A DNA stretch of 64,000 nucleotides from Candidatus Stammera capleta (GTDB lineage Bacteria > Pseudomonadota > Gammaproteobacteria > Enterobacterales > Enterobacteriaceae). This document shows, one piece after another, positions 36,774 through 48,913 of this stretch; the stretch's first letter is position 1; each line of letters starts with the position of its first letter. Location: contig CP144813.1 of NCBI GenBank assembly GCA_036689395.1, forward strand, positions 9,252 through 73,251. Direction: 5' to 3'. Made by a program: the position numbers and the translations under genes. Below the pieces are notes generated by a model. The model saw only the letters and a program-made list of their open reading frames with translations. It made no database searches and was not told the DNA's origin.

Positions 36774-37169
36774 ATGAGTATGCAAGATTCTATATCAGAT
36801 ATGTTTACATGTATAAGAAATGCGCAAGTAGCTAAAAAAAAGAAAATTATTGTTTATTATACTAAATTTAAGCATTCTATTTTAAATGTTATTTATTCTG
36901 AAGGTTATATAAAAAAATTTAATATATTTTTAAATTCTAAAAAAAAAAATATAATTATATATTTAAAATATTATTTTAACAAACCTGTTATTACATTAAT
37001 TAAAAGAATAAGTAGACCTGGTTTACGTATATATAAATCTTGTAAAAATTTACCTTTAGTAAAATCTGGTTTAGGTATAGTTATTGTATCTACATCTAAA
37101 GGTATTTTATCAGATAAAAAAGCTCGTACTTTAAATGTAGGTGGAGAAATAATTTGTTATATATTTTAA
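36774..37169 (+). CDS. rpsH: 30S ribosomal protein S8
   Basis: MSMQDSISDMFTCIRNAQ..RISRPGLRIY..GLGIVIVSTSKGILSDKKAR..NVGGEIICYI matches S8. Confidence 0.96.
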   Translation: MSMQDSISDMFTCIRNAQVAKKKKIIVYYTKFKHSILNVIYSEGYIKKFNIFLNSKKKNIIIYLKYYFNKPVITLIKRISRPGLRIYKSCKNLPLVKSGLGIVIVSTSKGILSDKKARTLNVGGEIICYIF

Positions 37170-37189
37170 GAAAAAAATTAAGGTAATAT

Positions 37190-37738
37190 ATGTCAAGAAT
37201 TGCAAAAAAACCTATTGTAATACCTAAAAATGTTAAAATAAATATTATTAATAATGAAATTATTATATTAAAAGATAATTTAATTATTAAAAATATAGTT
37301 CATTATTCTGTATTACCAATAATAAAAAAAGATAAAATATTTTTTACTATTTATAAATTTTATTCTAAAAAATATTTAATGTATGCTGGTACTATTCGTT
37401 CTATAATTAATAATATTTTAATTGGTTTAGAAAATAATTTTGTAAAAAAATTATTGTTAATTGGTATTGGTTATAAAGCTTATATTGAAAAAAAAAAATT
37501 ACATTTAAATTTAGGTTTTTCATATACTATTAAATATAAAATACCTAAATATATAAATATAATATGTTTAAATAATAATGAAATTGTAATTAAGGGTTTT
37601 AATAAACAAAAAGTTGGTCAAGTAGCAGCTGAAATAAGATCTTTTAGACCCCCTGAATGTTATAAACAAGGAAAAGGAATAAGATATAGTAATGAATTTG
37701 TAAAAATTAAAGAAAATAAAAAAAAAATAAATAAATAA
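37190..37738 (+). CDS. rplF: 50S ribosomal protein L6
   Basis: [46 protein letters not shown] matches L6. Confidence 0.94.
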   Translation: MSRIAKKPIVIPKNVKINIINNEIIILKDNLIIKNIVHYSVLPIIKKDKIFFTIYKFYSKKYLMYAGTIRSIINNILIGLENNFVKKLLLIGIGYKAYIEKKKLHLNLGFSYTIKYKIPKYINIICLNNNEIVIKGFNKQKVGQVAAEIRSFRPPECYKQGKGIRYSNEFVKIKENKKKINK

Positions 37739-37743
37739 AATAT

Positions 37744-38103
37744 ATGTTAAATAAATATAAAAAACGTTTAATTAGATGTAAAAAGATACGTTCATTGTAT
37801 AAAAAACAAAATAAGATTTGTTTAGTAATTAATAAAACTTCTCGTCATATATATGCTCAAATTATAAAATATGATAATTATATATCTAGAGTATTATTAT
37901 CTGCTTCTACTTTAGAAAAAAAATATTTTAAAAATAAGTATACTGGAAATAAAAAATCTTCTTATATTATAGGTAAAATTATAGCTAAAAGAGCTATTAA
38001 AAGAGGTATTAATAAAATTGTATTTGATCGTTCTGGATATAAATATCATGGTCGAATAAAATGTTTAGCTAAAAGTGCTAGAAAATATGGTTTATTATTT
38101 TAA
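37744..38103 (+). CDS. rplR: 50S ribosomal protein L18
   Basis: [36 protein letters not shown] matches L18. Confidence 0.94.
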   Translation: MLNKYKKRLIRCKKIRSLYKKQNKICLVINKTSRHIYAQIIKYDNYISRVLLSASTLEKKYFKNKYTGNKKSSYIIGKIIAKRAIKRGINKIVFDRSGYKYHGRIKCLAKSARKYGLLF

Positions 38104-38112
38104 TTATTTTAT

Positions 38113-38622
38113 ATGAATAAATATATGAAAAAAATAAATGTTAATAATGAGTATTATGAAAAATTAGTATTTGTTAATAGAATTTCTAAAACTGTTAAAG
38201 GAGGTAGAATATTTTCTTTTTCTGCTTTAACTGTTATAGGTAATAAAAATGGTAAAGTTGGTTATGGGTATTCTAAAGCTAAAGAAGTTCCTTTAGCTAT
38301 ACAAAAATCTTTAGATAATTCTCGTAAAAATATTATTTCTATATATTTAAATAAAAAAAAAACTTTAAGATATTCTATAAATTATTCTTATAAAAGTACA
38401 ATAATTTTTATTAAACCTGCTATTGAAGGTACTGGAATAATAGCTGGTAAAACTATGAAATTTTTATTTGAAGTAGCAGGAGTAAAAAATATTTTATGTA
38501 AATGTTATGGTTCTACTAATCCTATAAATGTAATAAAAGCAACTTTTAGAGCTTTAAATAATATTCAATCTCCATTATTTATTGCTAATAAAAGAGGTAA
38601 ATTTTTAAAAGAAATATTTTAA
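38113..38622 (+). CDS. rpsE: 30S ribosomal protein S5
   Basis: VFVNRISKTVKGGRIFSFSALTVIGNKNGKVGYGYSKAKEVP.AIQKS matches S5. Confidence 0.95.
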   Translation: MNKYMKKINVNNEYYEKLVFVNRISKTVKGGRIFSFSALTVIGNKNGKVGYGYSKAKEVPLAIQKSLDNSRKNIISIYLNKKKTLRYSINYSYKSTIIFIKPAIEGTGIIAGKTMKFLFEVAGVKNILCKCYGSTNPINVIKATFRALNNIQSPLFIANKRGKFLKEIF

Positions 38623-38644
38623 TTATTTTATGGAATAATAAATT

Positions 38645-39067
38645 ATGTTTTTAAATACTATATATATAAAAAATAAAAATAAAAAATCTAAACGTTTAGG
38701 TAGAGGTATAGGTTCTGGTTTAGGAAAAACTTGTGGAAAAGGTCATAAAGGTCAAAAATCTAGATCAGGTTATAATATAAAAAAATATTTTGAAGGAGGA
38801 CAAACACCATTTTATCGTAGAATACCTAAATTTGGTTTTAAAAGTAAAAAAAATAATCTTTATCAAGAATTATCTTTAGATAAATTAAATATATTTAATG
38901 ATAATGAGATTTTAAATTTAAAATTGTTAAAAAAAAAAAGAATTATTAAACATAATATAAAAATTGTTAAAATAATATTAGGAAATATTGTTTTTAAAAA
39001 AAAAATCAAAATATTAGATAATAATATTAAATTATCATCTAATGTATATAAATTATTAAATGGTTAA
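38645..39067 (+). CDS. rplO: 50S ribosomal protein L15
   Basis: [44 protein letters not shown] matches L15. It follows rpsE directly, with no room for rpmD. Confidence 0.95.
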   Translation: MFLNTIYIKNKNKKSKRLGRGIGSGLGKTCGKGHKGQKSRSGYNIKKYFEGGQTPFYRRIPKFGFKSKKNNLYQELSLDKLNIFNDNEILNLKLLKKKRIIKHNIKIVKIILGNIVFKKKIKILDNNIKLSSNVYKLLNG

Positions 39068-39084
39068 TTATTTAAGGATAAAGT

Positions 39085-40395
39085 GTGAATATTAAAAATA
39101 TTTCATTTGATTCTTTATTAGATAGTTTTAAAGAATTAAAAAATAAAATATTATTTTTATTTTTTTATATATTTATATTTCGTATAGGAAATTTTATTTC
39201 TATACCAGGTATTAATATATATATATTAAATAATATATTTAAAAAATTTAATAATAATAATATTATTAATATTTATAATATGTTTTCTGGTGGAAATATA
39301 TTAAATTTTTCTATATTTACTTTAGGTATTATACCTTATATTTCTTCTTCTATAATAATACAATTATTGACAATTATTTTTCCTTATTTTATAAATTTAA
39401 AAAATAATATTAATGGAAAATATTTAATTAATAAGTATACTAAATATTTAACTTTATTATTATCTATTATACAATCTATTATAATATTTTTTTTTATAAA
39501 TAAATTTAGTAATTATAGTAATTTTTTTTTATATAATAATTTTGTTGTATATATTAGTTCTATTATTAGTTTAATTACTGGAACTATTTTTTTAGTATGA
39601 TTAAGTGAACAAATTTCTAATAACTCTTTAGGTAATGGTATATCTGTTATAATATTTATAGGAATAATATCTAATTTACCTAATTCTTTATTTAATTTTT
39701 TTTTAAATATTAATAATTTATCTTATTTAAAGTTTTTTTTGGTATTTATTTTAGTTTTATTAATAACATATTTAATAGTTTTTATTGAAATGGCTGAAAG
39801 AAAAATATTAATTTTATATCCCTCTAAAGGTTATAAAAGTATTAAATGTTTTTTTTCTTCTTATAATACTTTTTTACCTTTAAAAATTAATATGGCTGGT
39901 ATAATGCCATCTATTTTTACCTCTAGTATTATGTTATTATTTTCTATTATTTTATTTTTTTTAAATAATTTTATAAAATTTAATTATATATTTTATTTTT
40001 ATAATTTATTTTATCCAAAAAATTTTTTATATTTATTAATTTATATATTTTTTATAATATTTTTTTATTTTTTTTATACGTTATTGGTATATAATTCTAA
40101 TGATATTTCTAATAATTTAAAAAAAAGTGGGGCTTATATTCCTGGAATTAGGCCTGGTAATAATACATGTATTTTTTTGAAAAATATTATTTTAAAATTA
40201 ACTTTATTTGGGTCTCTATATATATTAATAATATGTTTAATTTCTGATTTTATATATGATATATTAAATATTGATTTTAATTTTAATTTTACATCTTTAT
40301 TAATTATAATTATAGTTATTATGGAATTTATATTTCAAATAAAATCATTAATTATATCAAATAGTTATATTTCTATTATTAAAAATTATAGATAA
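39085..40395 (+). CDS. secY: preprotein translocase SecY, 436 aa, GTG start, TGA=Trp at 39598-39600
   Basis: The two track ORFs (39085..39600 and 39739..40395) are in one frame and are joined by an open stretch. [27 protein letters not shown] and [10 protein letters not shown] match SecY. An AAGGA Shine-Dalgarno sequence precedes the GTG. Confidence 0.93.
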
Positions 40396-40405
40396 ATTTA
40401 TATAT

Positions 40406-40522
40406 ATGAAAGTAAGAGCTTCAGTTAAAAAATTTTGTTCTTTTTGTAAAATTGTAAAACGTAATGGTATATTATATGTTATTTGTAAAAATAATCCTAA
40501 ACATAAACAACGTCAAGGTTAA
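40406..40522 (+). CDS. rpmJ: 50S ribosomal protein L36
   Basis: [38 protein letters not shown] is a 38-aa L36 with the zinc-ribbon Cys/His pattern. It is too short for the ORF track. Confidence 0.93.
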   Translation: MKVRASVKKFCSFCKIVKRNGILYVICKNNPKHKQRQG

Positions 40523-40538
40523 AAAATAAGGAAATATA

Positions 40539-40895
40539 ATGATAGTTAGAATTTGTGGAGTTAATATTATAGATAATAAATCTATTTTATTTGCTTTAAC
40601 TTCTATATATGGAATAGGAAAGTCGCGTTCTAAATTTATTTGTGATAAATTAAATATTAATTATTATATAAAAATTAAAAATTTAGATAATTCTAAAATA
40701 ATGGAAATAAGAAAAATTATTTCTAATTTTACTTTAGAAGGAGATCTTAGAAGAGAGGTTATGTTAAATATTAAAAGATTAATTGATATAAATTGTTATC
40801 GTGGATTGAGACATAAAAAAAAATTACCAGTACATGGTCAACGTACAAGAACTAATGCTAAAACTTGTAAAAAATTACGTAAAATTAAAAAATAA
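40539..40895 (+). CDS. rpsM: 30S ribosomal protein S13
   Basis: RICGVNI..ALTSIYGIGKSRS..EGDLRREV..IKRLIDINCYRGLRHKKKLPVHGQRTRTNA matches S13. Confidence 0.96.
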   Translation: MIVRICGVNIIDNKSILFALTSIYGIGKSRSKFICDKLNINYYIKIKNLDNSKIMEIRKIISNFTLEGDLRREVMLNIKRLIDINCYRGLRHKKKLPVHGQRTRTNAKTCKKLRKIKK

Positions 40896-40916
40896 TTTTA
40901 TTTATTTAAATATTAT

Positions 40917-41300
40917 ATGTATAAAAATAAAAATATTAAAAAAAAAAAAAAGCAAATATTAAATGGTATAGCTTATATTTATGCTTCATTTAATAATACT
41001 ATAATTAGTATTACTGATAAATTAGGTAATGTTTTAAGTTGAAAAACTTCTGGAGGTTCTGGTTTTAGAGGTTCTAGAAAATCTACCCCTTTTGCAGCTC
41101 AAATAGCGGCTGAAAAATGTTCAGAATTAGTTAAATTATATGGATTAAAAAATTTAGAAGTTATGGTTAATGGACCTGGACCTGGAAGAGAGTCTAGTAT
41201 AAAAGCATTATATAATGCAGGTTTTAATATTATTAGTATTAATGATATTACTCCTATTCCTCATAATGGTTGTCGTCCTCCTAAAAAAAGACGTGTATAA
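40917..41300 (+). CDS. rpsK: 30S ribosomal protein S11, 127 aa, TGA=Trp; contains an in-frame A14 tract
   Basis: Absent from the ORF track. [24 protein letters not shown](TGA)[53 protein letters not shown] matches S11. I checked the frame across A14 (40938-40951). Confidence 0.94.
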
Positions 41301-41334
41301 TTTTGATAAATTATTTATATTAAAAGAGTATAAA

Positions 41335-41955
41335 ATGTCTAAATATTTGGGTCCTAAGTTAAAATTAAGTCGTAGAGAAGGTGTTGATTTGTTTTTAAAA
41401 TCAAATTTACGTAATATTGAATCAAAATGTAAAATAGATCGTTTACCTGGTCAGCATGGTTATAAAAAGAATAGATTATCTAATTATGCTATTCAATTAA
41501 GAGAAAAACAAAAAGTTCGTCGTATGTATTGTATTTTAGAAAAACAATTTTTAAATTATTATAAAAAATCTGTACGTTTAAAAGGAAATACTAGTGAAAT
41601 TTTATTTTCTTTTTTAGAGAGAAGATTAGATAATATTGTTTATAGAATGGGTTTTGGTTCTACTCGTTATGAATCTCGTCAATTAATTAATCATAAATTA
41701 ATTTTAGTAAATAAAAAAATTGTTAATATTCCTTCATTTTTAGTCTCACCTAACGATTTAGTTAGTGTTTTAGATAAAGCTAAAAATCAGGATCGTATTA
41801 AATATTCTTTAGAATTATTTAAACAACGTAAATCAATTGATTGAATAGATGTTAATATTAAAAAAATGATAGGTATATTTAAATTTATTCCTAAAATGAA
41901 ATATATATTTAATGATATTGAAGAAAATCTTATTTTAGAATTTTATTCTAAATAA
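41335..41955 (+). CDS. rpsD: 30S ribosomal protein S4, 206 aa, TGA=Trp at 41842-41844
   Basis: The true start is the internal ATG of track ORF 41215 ([19 protein letters not shown]). After TGA it continues ..[16 protein letters not shown] then TAA, compared with E. coli ..TWLEVD..HLIVELYSK. Confidence 0.95.
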
Positions 41956-41980
41956 ATATATATTAGGAGAATAATTAATT

Positions 41981-42976
41981 ATGGTTAATAATTTAAAATT
42001 TTTAGAACCTAAATTAATAAAAATTAGTAAAGTTTCTGATAATTCTTCTTTAATTATTTTAGAACCTTTAGAAAAAGGTTTTGGTAATACTTTGGGAAAT
42101 GTATTAAGACGTATATTATTATCATCTATTCCTGGTTATTCTATTACTGAATTAGAAATTGATGGTATTACACATGAATATGATCATAAAGAGGGATTAT
42201 TAGAAGATATTACAGAAATAATTTTAAATTTAAAAAATTTATATATAAGTTTAGGTGATAATTTAAGTGAATCTATTTTAATAATTAAAAAAAAAGGTAT
42301 AGGTCCTGTTTTAGGGTCTGATATTAAATCTAATGATAAATTTAATATAATTAATCCTAATCATGTTATATGTAATTTAACATCTATAGATTCTTCTATT
42401 TCAATTCGTATAAAAGTTGAATTGGGTAAAGGATATATATCTTCTTTATCAAAAATAGATAATATTAAAAAGGATGGTAATAATTTATTAATTGGAAAAT
42501 TATTTGTAGATTCTTATTTTTCGCCAATAAAATGTGTTTCATATACTGTTGAAAATACTCGTTTAAAAAATTATGATTGTTTAGATAAATTAATATTAAA
42601 TATTAAAACTAATGGAACTATAGATTCTGAATCTGCTGTTCGTAAAGCTGCTAATATTTTAATTAATCAATTAAAAGTTTTTGTAAATTTAGATAAAAAT
42701 ATAGTTAATAAAAAAAAAGATAAAAAATTAAAATTTAATTCTATTTTGTTATCATCTGTTGATGATTTAGATTTAACTGTAAGGTCAGCAAATTGTTTAA
42801 AAACTGAATCTATAAATTATATAGGAGATTTAGTACAAAAAACTGAATCTGAATTATTAAAAACTCCTAATTTAGGTAAAAAATCTTTAGCTGAAATAAA
42901 AAATATATTATTATCTAAAGGATTAAAATTAGGTATGAAATTAAAAAATTGACCTCCTAATAATTTAAAAAAATAA
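41981..42976 (+). CDS. rpoA: DNA-directed RNA polymerase alpha subunit, 331 aa, TGA=Trp at 42950-42952
   Basis: [69 protein letters not shown](TGA)PP matches RpoA, including the conserved C-terminal NWPP. Confidence 0.96.
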
Positions 42977-42991
42977 TAGAGGTTTTATTTT

Positions 42992-43348
42992 ATGCGTCAT
43001 AAAAAAAAAGGTCGTAAATTTAATATAAATAGTAGTCATAGAAAATTGATGTTTAGAAATATGATAAATTCTTTAATATATTATGAATTTATTAAAACTA
43101 CTTTATATAAAGCAAAAGAATTAAGAATTTTTATAGAAAAGTTAATAACTAGATCAAAAAAAAATAATTTACATAATAAAAGAATATTGTTTTCTAATAT
43201 TAGAAATAAAAAAAATGTTAATAAGTTATTATACAATTTAGGTCCAAGATTTTTAAATTTTAATGGAGGTTATACTAAAATAATAAGATGTGGTTTTAGA
43301 AATGGTGATAATTCACCTTTAGCATATATAAAAATTTTAAATAATTAA
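42992..43348 (+). CDS. rplQ: 50S ribosomal protein L17
   Basis: MRHKKKGRKFNINSSHRKLMFRNM..TTLYKAKELR..EKLIT..GGYTKIIR.GFR.GD matches L17. It is the last gene of the alpha operon. Confidence 0.94.
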   Translation: MRHKKKGRKFNINSSHRKLMFRNMINSLIYYEFIKTTLYKAKELRIFIEKLITRSKKNNLHNKRILFSNIRNKKNVNKLLYNLGPRFLNFNGGYTKIIRCGFRNGDNSPLAYIKILNN

Positions 43349-43580
43349 ATATATTTATAGTTTATTATTTATTTTTATATTTTTTTTTTTTAATATATAA
43401 TATTATATTATATATAATAATATATTATTTATATATAATATATTATTATTTATTAATTTTTTAAATATTTTAATTAATATTATTTTAAAAGAATATTTTT
43501 TATTATATAATATAAATATATAATTATATTTTATAAATTTTTTATTTAAAAATAATTAAATTTATTTATAATAAATAAAT

Positions 43581-43640
43581 ATAAATATAAATATAAATAT
43601 AAATATAAATATAAATATAAATATAAATATAAATATAAAT
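43581..43640. repeat. (ATAAAT)10 perfect hexanucleotide microsatellite
   Basis: Ten uninterrupted ATAAAT units counted from 43581 to 43640, with an imperfect copy at 43571-43580. It lies in the 331-bp spacer between rplQ and glyQ. Confidence 0.9.
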
Positions 43641-43679
43641 ATGATATTAGTATTATTTTTATAATAATATTTTTTATAT

Positions 43680-44537
43680 ATGATTACTTTTAAAAAATTA
43701 ATTTTTAAATTATATAAATATTGATCTAATTTAGGTAGTTGTATTATACAACCTATTGATATTGAAGTTGGTGCTGCTACTTTTCATCCTATTACTTTTT
43801 TTAATTGTTTTAATAAAAAAAAAAGTTTTTATTCTTATGTACAATTATGTAGAAGACCGAATGATGGTCGTTACGGTAATAGTTCAAATAGATTACAACA
43901 ATATTATCAATTTCAAGTTATTAGTAAACCTTTTTTAAAAGATATTCAAAATTTATATATAAAGTCATTAAAATATTTAAATATAGATTTAAATATATCA
44001 GAATTACGTTTTATTGAGGATAATTGAGAAAATCCTACTTTAGGTGCATATGGTATAGGTTGAGAGGTTTGATTGAATGGAATGGAGATTAGTCAATTTA
44101 CTTATTTTAAAAAAATGGGAGGATTTGATTGTATTCCTTCACTTTGTGAAATTACTTACGGTTTAGAAAGAATATCTTTATATTTACAAAATGTAAATCA
44201 TATAAATAATTTAATTTGAGATATTAATGTTTTAAAAAAAATAAAATATATTGATATTTTATATAATGATGAAATAGATAAATCTTATTATATTTTTAAT
44301 AATTCTAATATAAATTTTTTACTTTCTTGTATGAATAATTATAAAAATGAATCTTTAAGATTAATAAATTTAAATAAACCTTTGATTAAAATTTCATATG
44401 AATTTGCAATTAAAATGGTTTATTATTTTAATTTATTAGATGCTAAGAATTATTTTTCTAGAATAGAAAGACAAAATAATATTTTATGTATTAGAGAAAT
44501 TTTTAATAAAATTGCTAATTTATATTTAAATTTGTAA
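43680..44537 (+). CDS. glyQ: glycyl-tRNA synthetase alpha subunit, 285 aa, multiple TGA=Trp
   Basis: The ATG at 43680 is in frame with track ORF 44331..44537. LYKYW(TGA 43722-43724)..[64 protein letters not shown] follows E. coli GlyQ closely. Confidence 0.95.
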
Positions 44538-44556
44538 TATTTATTTAAGGATTTAA

Positions 44557-46632
44557 ATGTTTAAAGGTTTATTATTAATTGAATTGGTTTCTGAAGAATT
44601 ACCTATTAATAAATTAAAATATATTAATATTAATTTTAAAAAATATATTAAATATAATTTAAAAAAATATAATTTTTTATTTAGTAAAATAAAAGTTTTT
44701 GTTACTATAAGAAGAATTTCTTGCTTAGTTTATAATTTAAGTTATAATCAAAATTTTAAAAATAAATATAAAATTATAAATGGTCCTAAAATTAAAATTT
44801 CTAAAATTAATATATTTAATAATAATAAATTAATTAATTGATGTAAAAATATAAATTCATCTATAAAGAATATAGAATATATAAAAAAAAATAATTTAAA
44901 ATGTTTTTTTATAAAAAAAAGAAATAAAATAAATAATATTAAAGAATTAATTTTAATTATATTAAAAAATGTTTTTTCTAATTTATTAAAAAATAATAAA
45001 ACTATAATTTGTGAAGATAATAAATATTTTTTTTTTAGACCTATTAATAATATTATTATTATGTTTAATAATAAAATTTTAGATATTAAAATTTTTAATA
45101 TTAAATCTAATAATATATTATTTTGTCATAAATTTATTAGTAATGATAAAAATATAATTTTAAATAATACTAATGATTACATAATAAATTTATTTAAATT
45201 TTGTAAAATTATAATAGATTATAAATATAGAAAAATAAAAATATTAAATATAATAAAAAATATATCTATTAAAAAAAATTTATTGTTTTTTCTAAAAAAT
45301 AAGTATTTAGAAAAAATTATTTCTATGGTAGAATGACCTGTTGGAATTTTATGTAATTTTGATGAAAAATTTTTATCTTTACCTAAAGATTTAATAATAT
45401 TTATTATTAAAAAGTATTATGGTATTGTTTTATTTAATAAAAAAAATGTATTAACAAATAATTTTATTATTATATTAGATATGAAAAGTAGTAATTATAA
45501 TATAATAATAAAAGGTTATGAAAATGTTATTAATTCAGAATTAAGTGAATCTAAAAAATTTTTTATTGAAGATAGAAAATTTTATTTAATTAGTTATTTA
45601 TCTAAATTAAAAAATATTATTTTTCATAAAAAAATTGGTAATTTTTTAGATAAGATAAGTAGAATTTTATTTTTATCTAAAAAATTTTTAAATTATTTAA
45701 ATTATTTAAATATTAATATAAATTTTTTAAATCATGTTATTTTATTAATAAAATGTGATTTAGCAACTAATTTATATAAATATTATAATAATTTAAAAGG
45801 TATAATAGGTATGTATTATTCATTATTAGATGGAGAATCTTTAAATACATCTCTAATAATAAAAGAACATTATAATGTCAATAGTAATAATATATATAGT
45901 TCTATAATTTTTTTAATAGATAAAATAGATACTTTAGTTGGTATTTTTATATTTTATAATTTTATTTATTTAAAAAAAAAAAATGATCCTTATGGATTAA
46001 GAAAATTATCTTTTCTAATTATAAAAAAAATATTAAATAGTAATTTTTATATTAATATATATAAAATAATAAAATTTTCTATATTTTTATTTAAAAAAAA
46101 AAAAATTAATAAAAAGAAAGTATTAATTATATTAAATTTTATTAATGTTAGATTTATAAATTATTTGAATAAATTAAAATTTTCAAAACATATAATATAT
46201 TCTTTATTAAAAAAGAATAAAATATATGATTTTTTAGATATAAAAAATCGTATTGATATTATCTTAAAATATAAAAATAAAAAAGTTTTTAGAAAATTTA
46301 TTAATTTATATAAAAGAATAAATAATTTATTAAAAAAATATTATAATTTTAGTATTAAAAAATTTAATATTAATTTTCTTGTTAAAAAAGAAGAAATTAT
46401 TTTATATAAATATATTTTATATTTATGTAAAAAAAATAATTTTTTATATATTAATCATAATTATGATAAATTAATAAAGTATTTTTTTATATCTATTAAA
46501 AAAGTGGATAATTTTTTAAATTTTATTAAAATAGATGTTAAAAATAAAAATATTAAATCAAATAGAATTTTTTTATTAAAAAATATATATTTTTTGTTTA
46601 ACAAATTTTCTAATTTTAAATATTATTATTAA
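44557..46632 (+). CDS. glyS: glycyl-tRNA synthetase beta subunit, 691 aa, TGA=Trp at 44839 and 45334
   Basis: The three track ORFs (44557, 45061, 45481) share one frame. I read the gaps codon by codon and found no TAA or TAG. The start LLIELVSEELP and the block MVEW(TGA)PVGILCNF match GlyS. It follows glyQ. Confidence 0.9.
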
Positions 46633-47720
46633 TTAATAGATATACTTTTTTTTATTATAGCTCCTCCTAAACATATATTTTTTTTATAAAATACTACAGA
46701 TTGTCCTGGTGTTATTCCAAATATTAATTTATTAAATAATATTTTATTTTTACTAATATATAATTTACATTTAGTATTTTTTTTTTGTTGATATCTAATT
46801 TTTATTTTACAGAATATTTTTTTTTTATTATTATTTTTATTTATAAAATGTATATTTTTAATATATATTCCAATAGAATATAATAATATATTTTTTTTAC
46901 TTTTAACTACTATTAATTTATTATTTTTTATATCTTTTTTATATACATAATATGGTAAATGTTGTCCTAAATTAATATTTAAATTTTTTCTTTGTCCTAT
47001 TGAATATAAATGTAATCCTTTATGTTTTCCTAATATTTTATCATTTATATCTACTATATTTCCTTTATTGTCTTTTATATATTTTCTAATAAAATTAAAA
47101 TAATTTCTTTTACCTATAAAACATATTCCAGTTGAACTTTTTTTTTTAGCATTAATTAATTTTAAATTGATAGCAATTTTTCTTATATTTTTTTTATAAT
47201 ATTTTCCTAATGGAAATATACATTTTTTTATTTTTTTTTGTGTTAAATGATATAGAAAATAACTTTGATCTTTTTTTTTATCTATGCCTTTTAATAAATA
47301 ATATTGATTTTTTTTTCTTTTTGTTATTATATAATGTCCTGTAGATATAAAATTTCCTTTTAATATTTTTATTGCAAATTTTATAAATATTTTAAATTTT
47401 ATTTCTTTATTACATAATATATCAGGATTTATGATTTTATTTTTTTTTTGATTTTTTATTAATATATTAAATACATATTTTCAATATTCAAATGAAAAAT
47501 TAATTTTATATAGTTTTACTTTTAATTTTTTGCATATTTTTTTACAATCTTCATAATCTTTTAAATAAATACATTTAGTGTTATTATTTTTTTCTTCTCA
47601 ACATTTTATAAAAACACATTTTACTTTATATCCTAATTTTTGTAATATTCATATTGTTACTGAAGAATCTACTCCTCCTGATAATGCAACTATTATTTTA
47701 ATTATTTTATATATTTTCAT
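46629..47720 (-). CDS. mnmA: tRNA 2-thiouridylase MnmA, 363 aa, several TGA=Trp
   Basis: Absent from the ORF track. I translated it fully in one frame: MKIYKIIKIIVALSGGVDSSVTIW..DILCNKEIKF..GHYI..KDQSYFLY..GICFIG..GITPGQSVVFY..CLGGAII. Its stop at 46629-46631 overlaps the convergent glyS stop. Confidence 0.92.
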
Positions 47721-48903
47721 ATTTTATGTTTTTAAAAAAATTTATTGTTTTATTAATTATTTTATAAATTTTTATTTTTATATTATCTAATAAAAATTTT
47801 ATGACATTTTTTTTTTTTATTGTTCTTAATGATAGAATTTTATATTTTTTTTTAATTTTATTATTTATTTTTATAAATATATTTCCTAATATTTGTTTTT
47901 TTAAAATTGGTGCTTTTAATATTTTTTTGAATATTATTAATAATTTTATTTTATTTTTTTTTTTTTTATTAGTATTTATATATATATTTTTATTTGTTCC
48001 TATTGGTAAAAATTTTTTTTTACTAAACCATATTTTTTTATTTATTATTTTTTTATTATTTTTAATTATTTTTTTAGTTTTAAAATTTTTAAATCCTCAT
48101 TTTAATATTTTTTTTGCATAATAATTTCTATCTTTTATAGATTTAGCCCCTAATATTACTACTATTAATCTATTATTTTTTTTTTTAGCTGAAGTTATTA
48201 AATTATATTTTGATTTATTAGTATAACCTGTTTTTATACCATCTATATTTAATTTTTTATTTCATAATAATAAATTTCTATTTATTTGTTTAATGTTATT
48301 AAAAGTAAATTTTTTTTTTTTATATAATTTATATGTTTTTGGAAAATTTTTTATTAATAAAATACTTAATTTTGCCATATCATATGCTGTTGTATATTGT
48401 TTATTATTATCTAATCCGTGTGAATTTATAAAATTTGTATTTTTTAAATTAATTTTTTTTTTATATTTATTCATTAATTTAACAAAATTTTTTTCATTTC
48501 CTGATAAATATTCTGCTATTGCTATACATGCATCATTTCCAGATTGTATTATTATTCCTTTATTTAAATCAGAAATTTTAACTTTTTGATTTTTTTTTAA
48601 AAACATTAATGATGATCCTTTAAAAAAAGGATTTTTTCAATTTGAATTTTTTTTAATTTTTACTAAATCATTTTTATTTATTTTTTTTTTTTTTATATAA
48701 TCTGCTATAATATAACTAGTCATAATTTTATTTAAACTAGCTGGATATAATTTAGAATTAGGATTTTTTTTTAATAATATTTTATTAGATTTATAATCTA
48801 CTAAAATATATGATTTTACGTTTATATTTTTTATTGTATTAGCATATAAATTCATACTAATTAAATATATTATAAATAATATTAATATTTTTTTTTTTTT
48901 CAT
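47707..48903 (-). CDS. dacA: D-alanyl-D-alanine carboxypeptidase (PBP5/6 class), 398 aa, TGA=Trp codons
   Basis: I translated it fully in one frame. It has a signal-like N-terminus, then SYILVDYKS.KIL, the SxxK motif PASLNKIMT, the SxN motif IQSGNDA, the KTG motif GIKTGYT, and KILKW(TGA)GF. It ends in TAA at 47707-47709, 14 nt inside mnmA. Confidence 0.92.
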
Positions 48904-48913
48904 ATTTTTTTAA

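Noticed and set aside
41215-41334. N-terminal extension of the track ORF 41215..41844 ([11 protein letters not shown]...).
   Set aside because: The extension overlaps the 3' end of rpsK in another frame. S4 homology begins at the internal ATG at 41335, which is preceded by a purine-rich Shine-Dalgarno-like AAAGAG.
43391-43450. TATA-rich near-palindromes after rplQ as a replication origin or terminator.
   Set aside because: Palindromic runs are expected by chance in two-letter A/T sequence. No DnaA-box-like motifs, G/C-containing stems or flanking origin-associated genes are seen.
43756-43938. ORF 43756..43938 inside glyQ.
   Set aside because: It is in a different frame from the strongly conserved GlyQ reading frame, which I verified codon by codon from 43680.
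47578-48589. Plus-strand ORFs 47578..47790, 47801..48121 and 48293..48589.
   Set aside because: They are antisense to mnmA and dacA, both of which I translated fully on the minus strand with conserved motifs.
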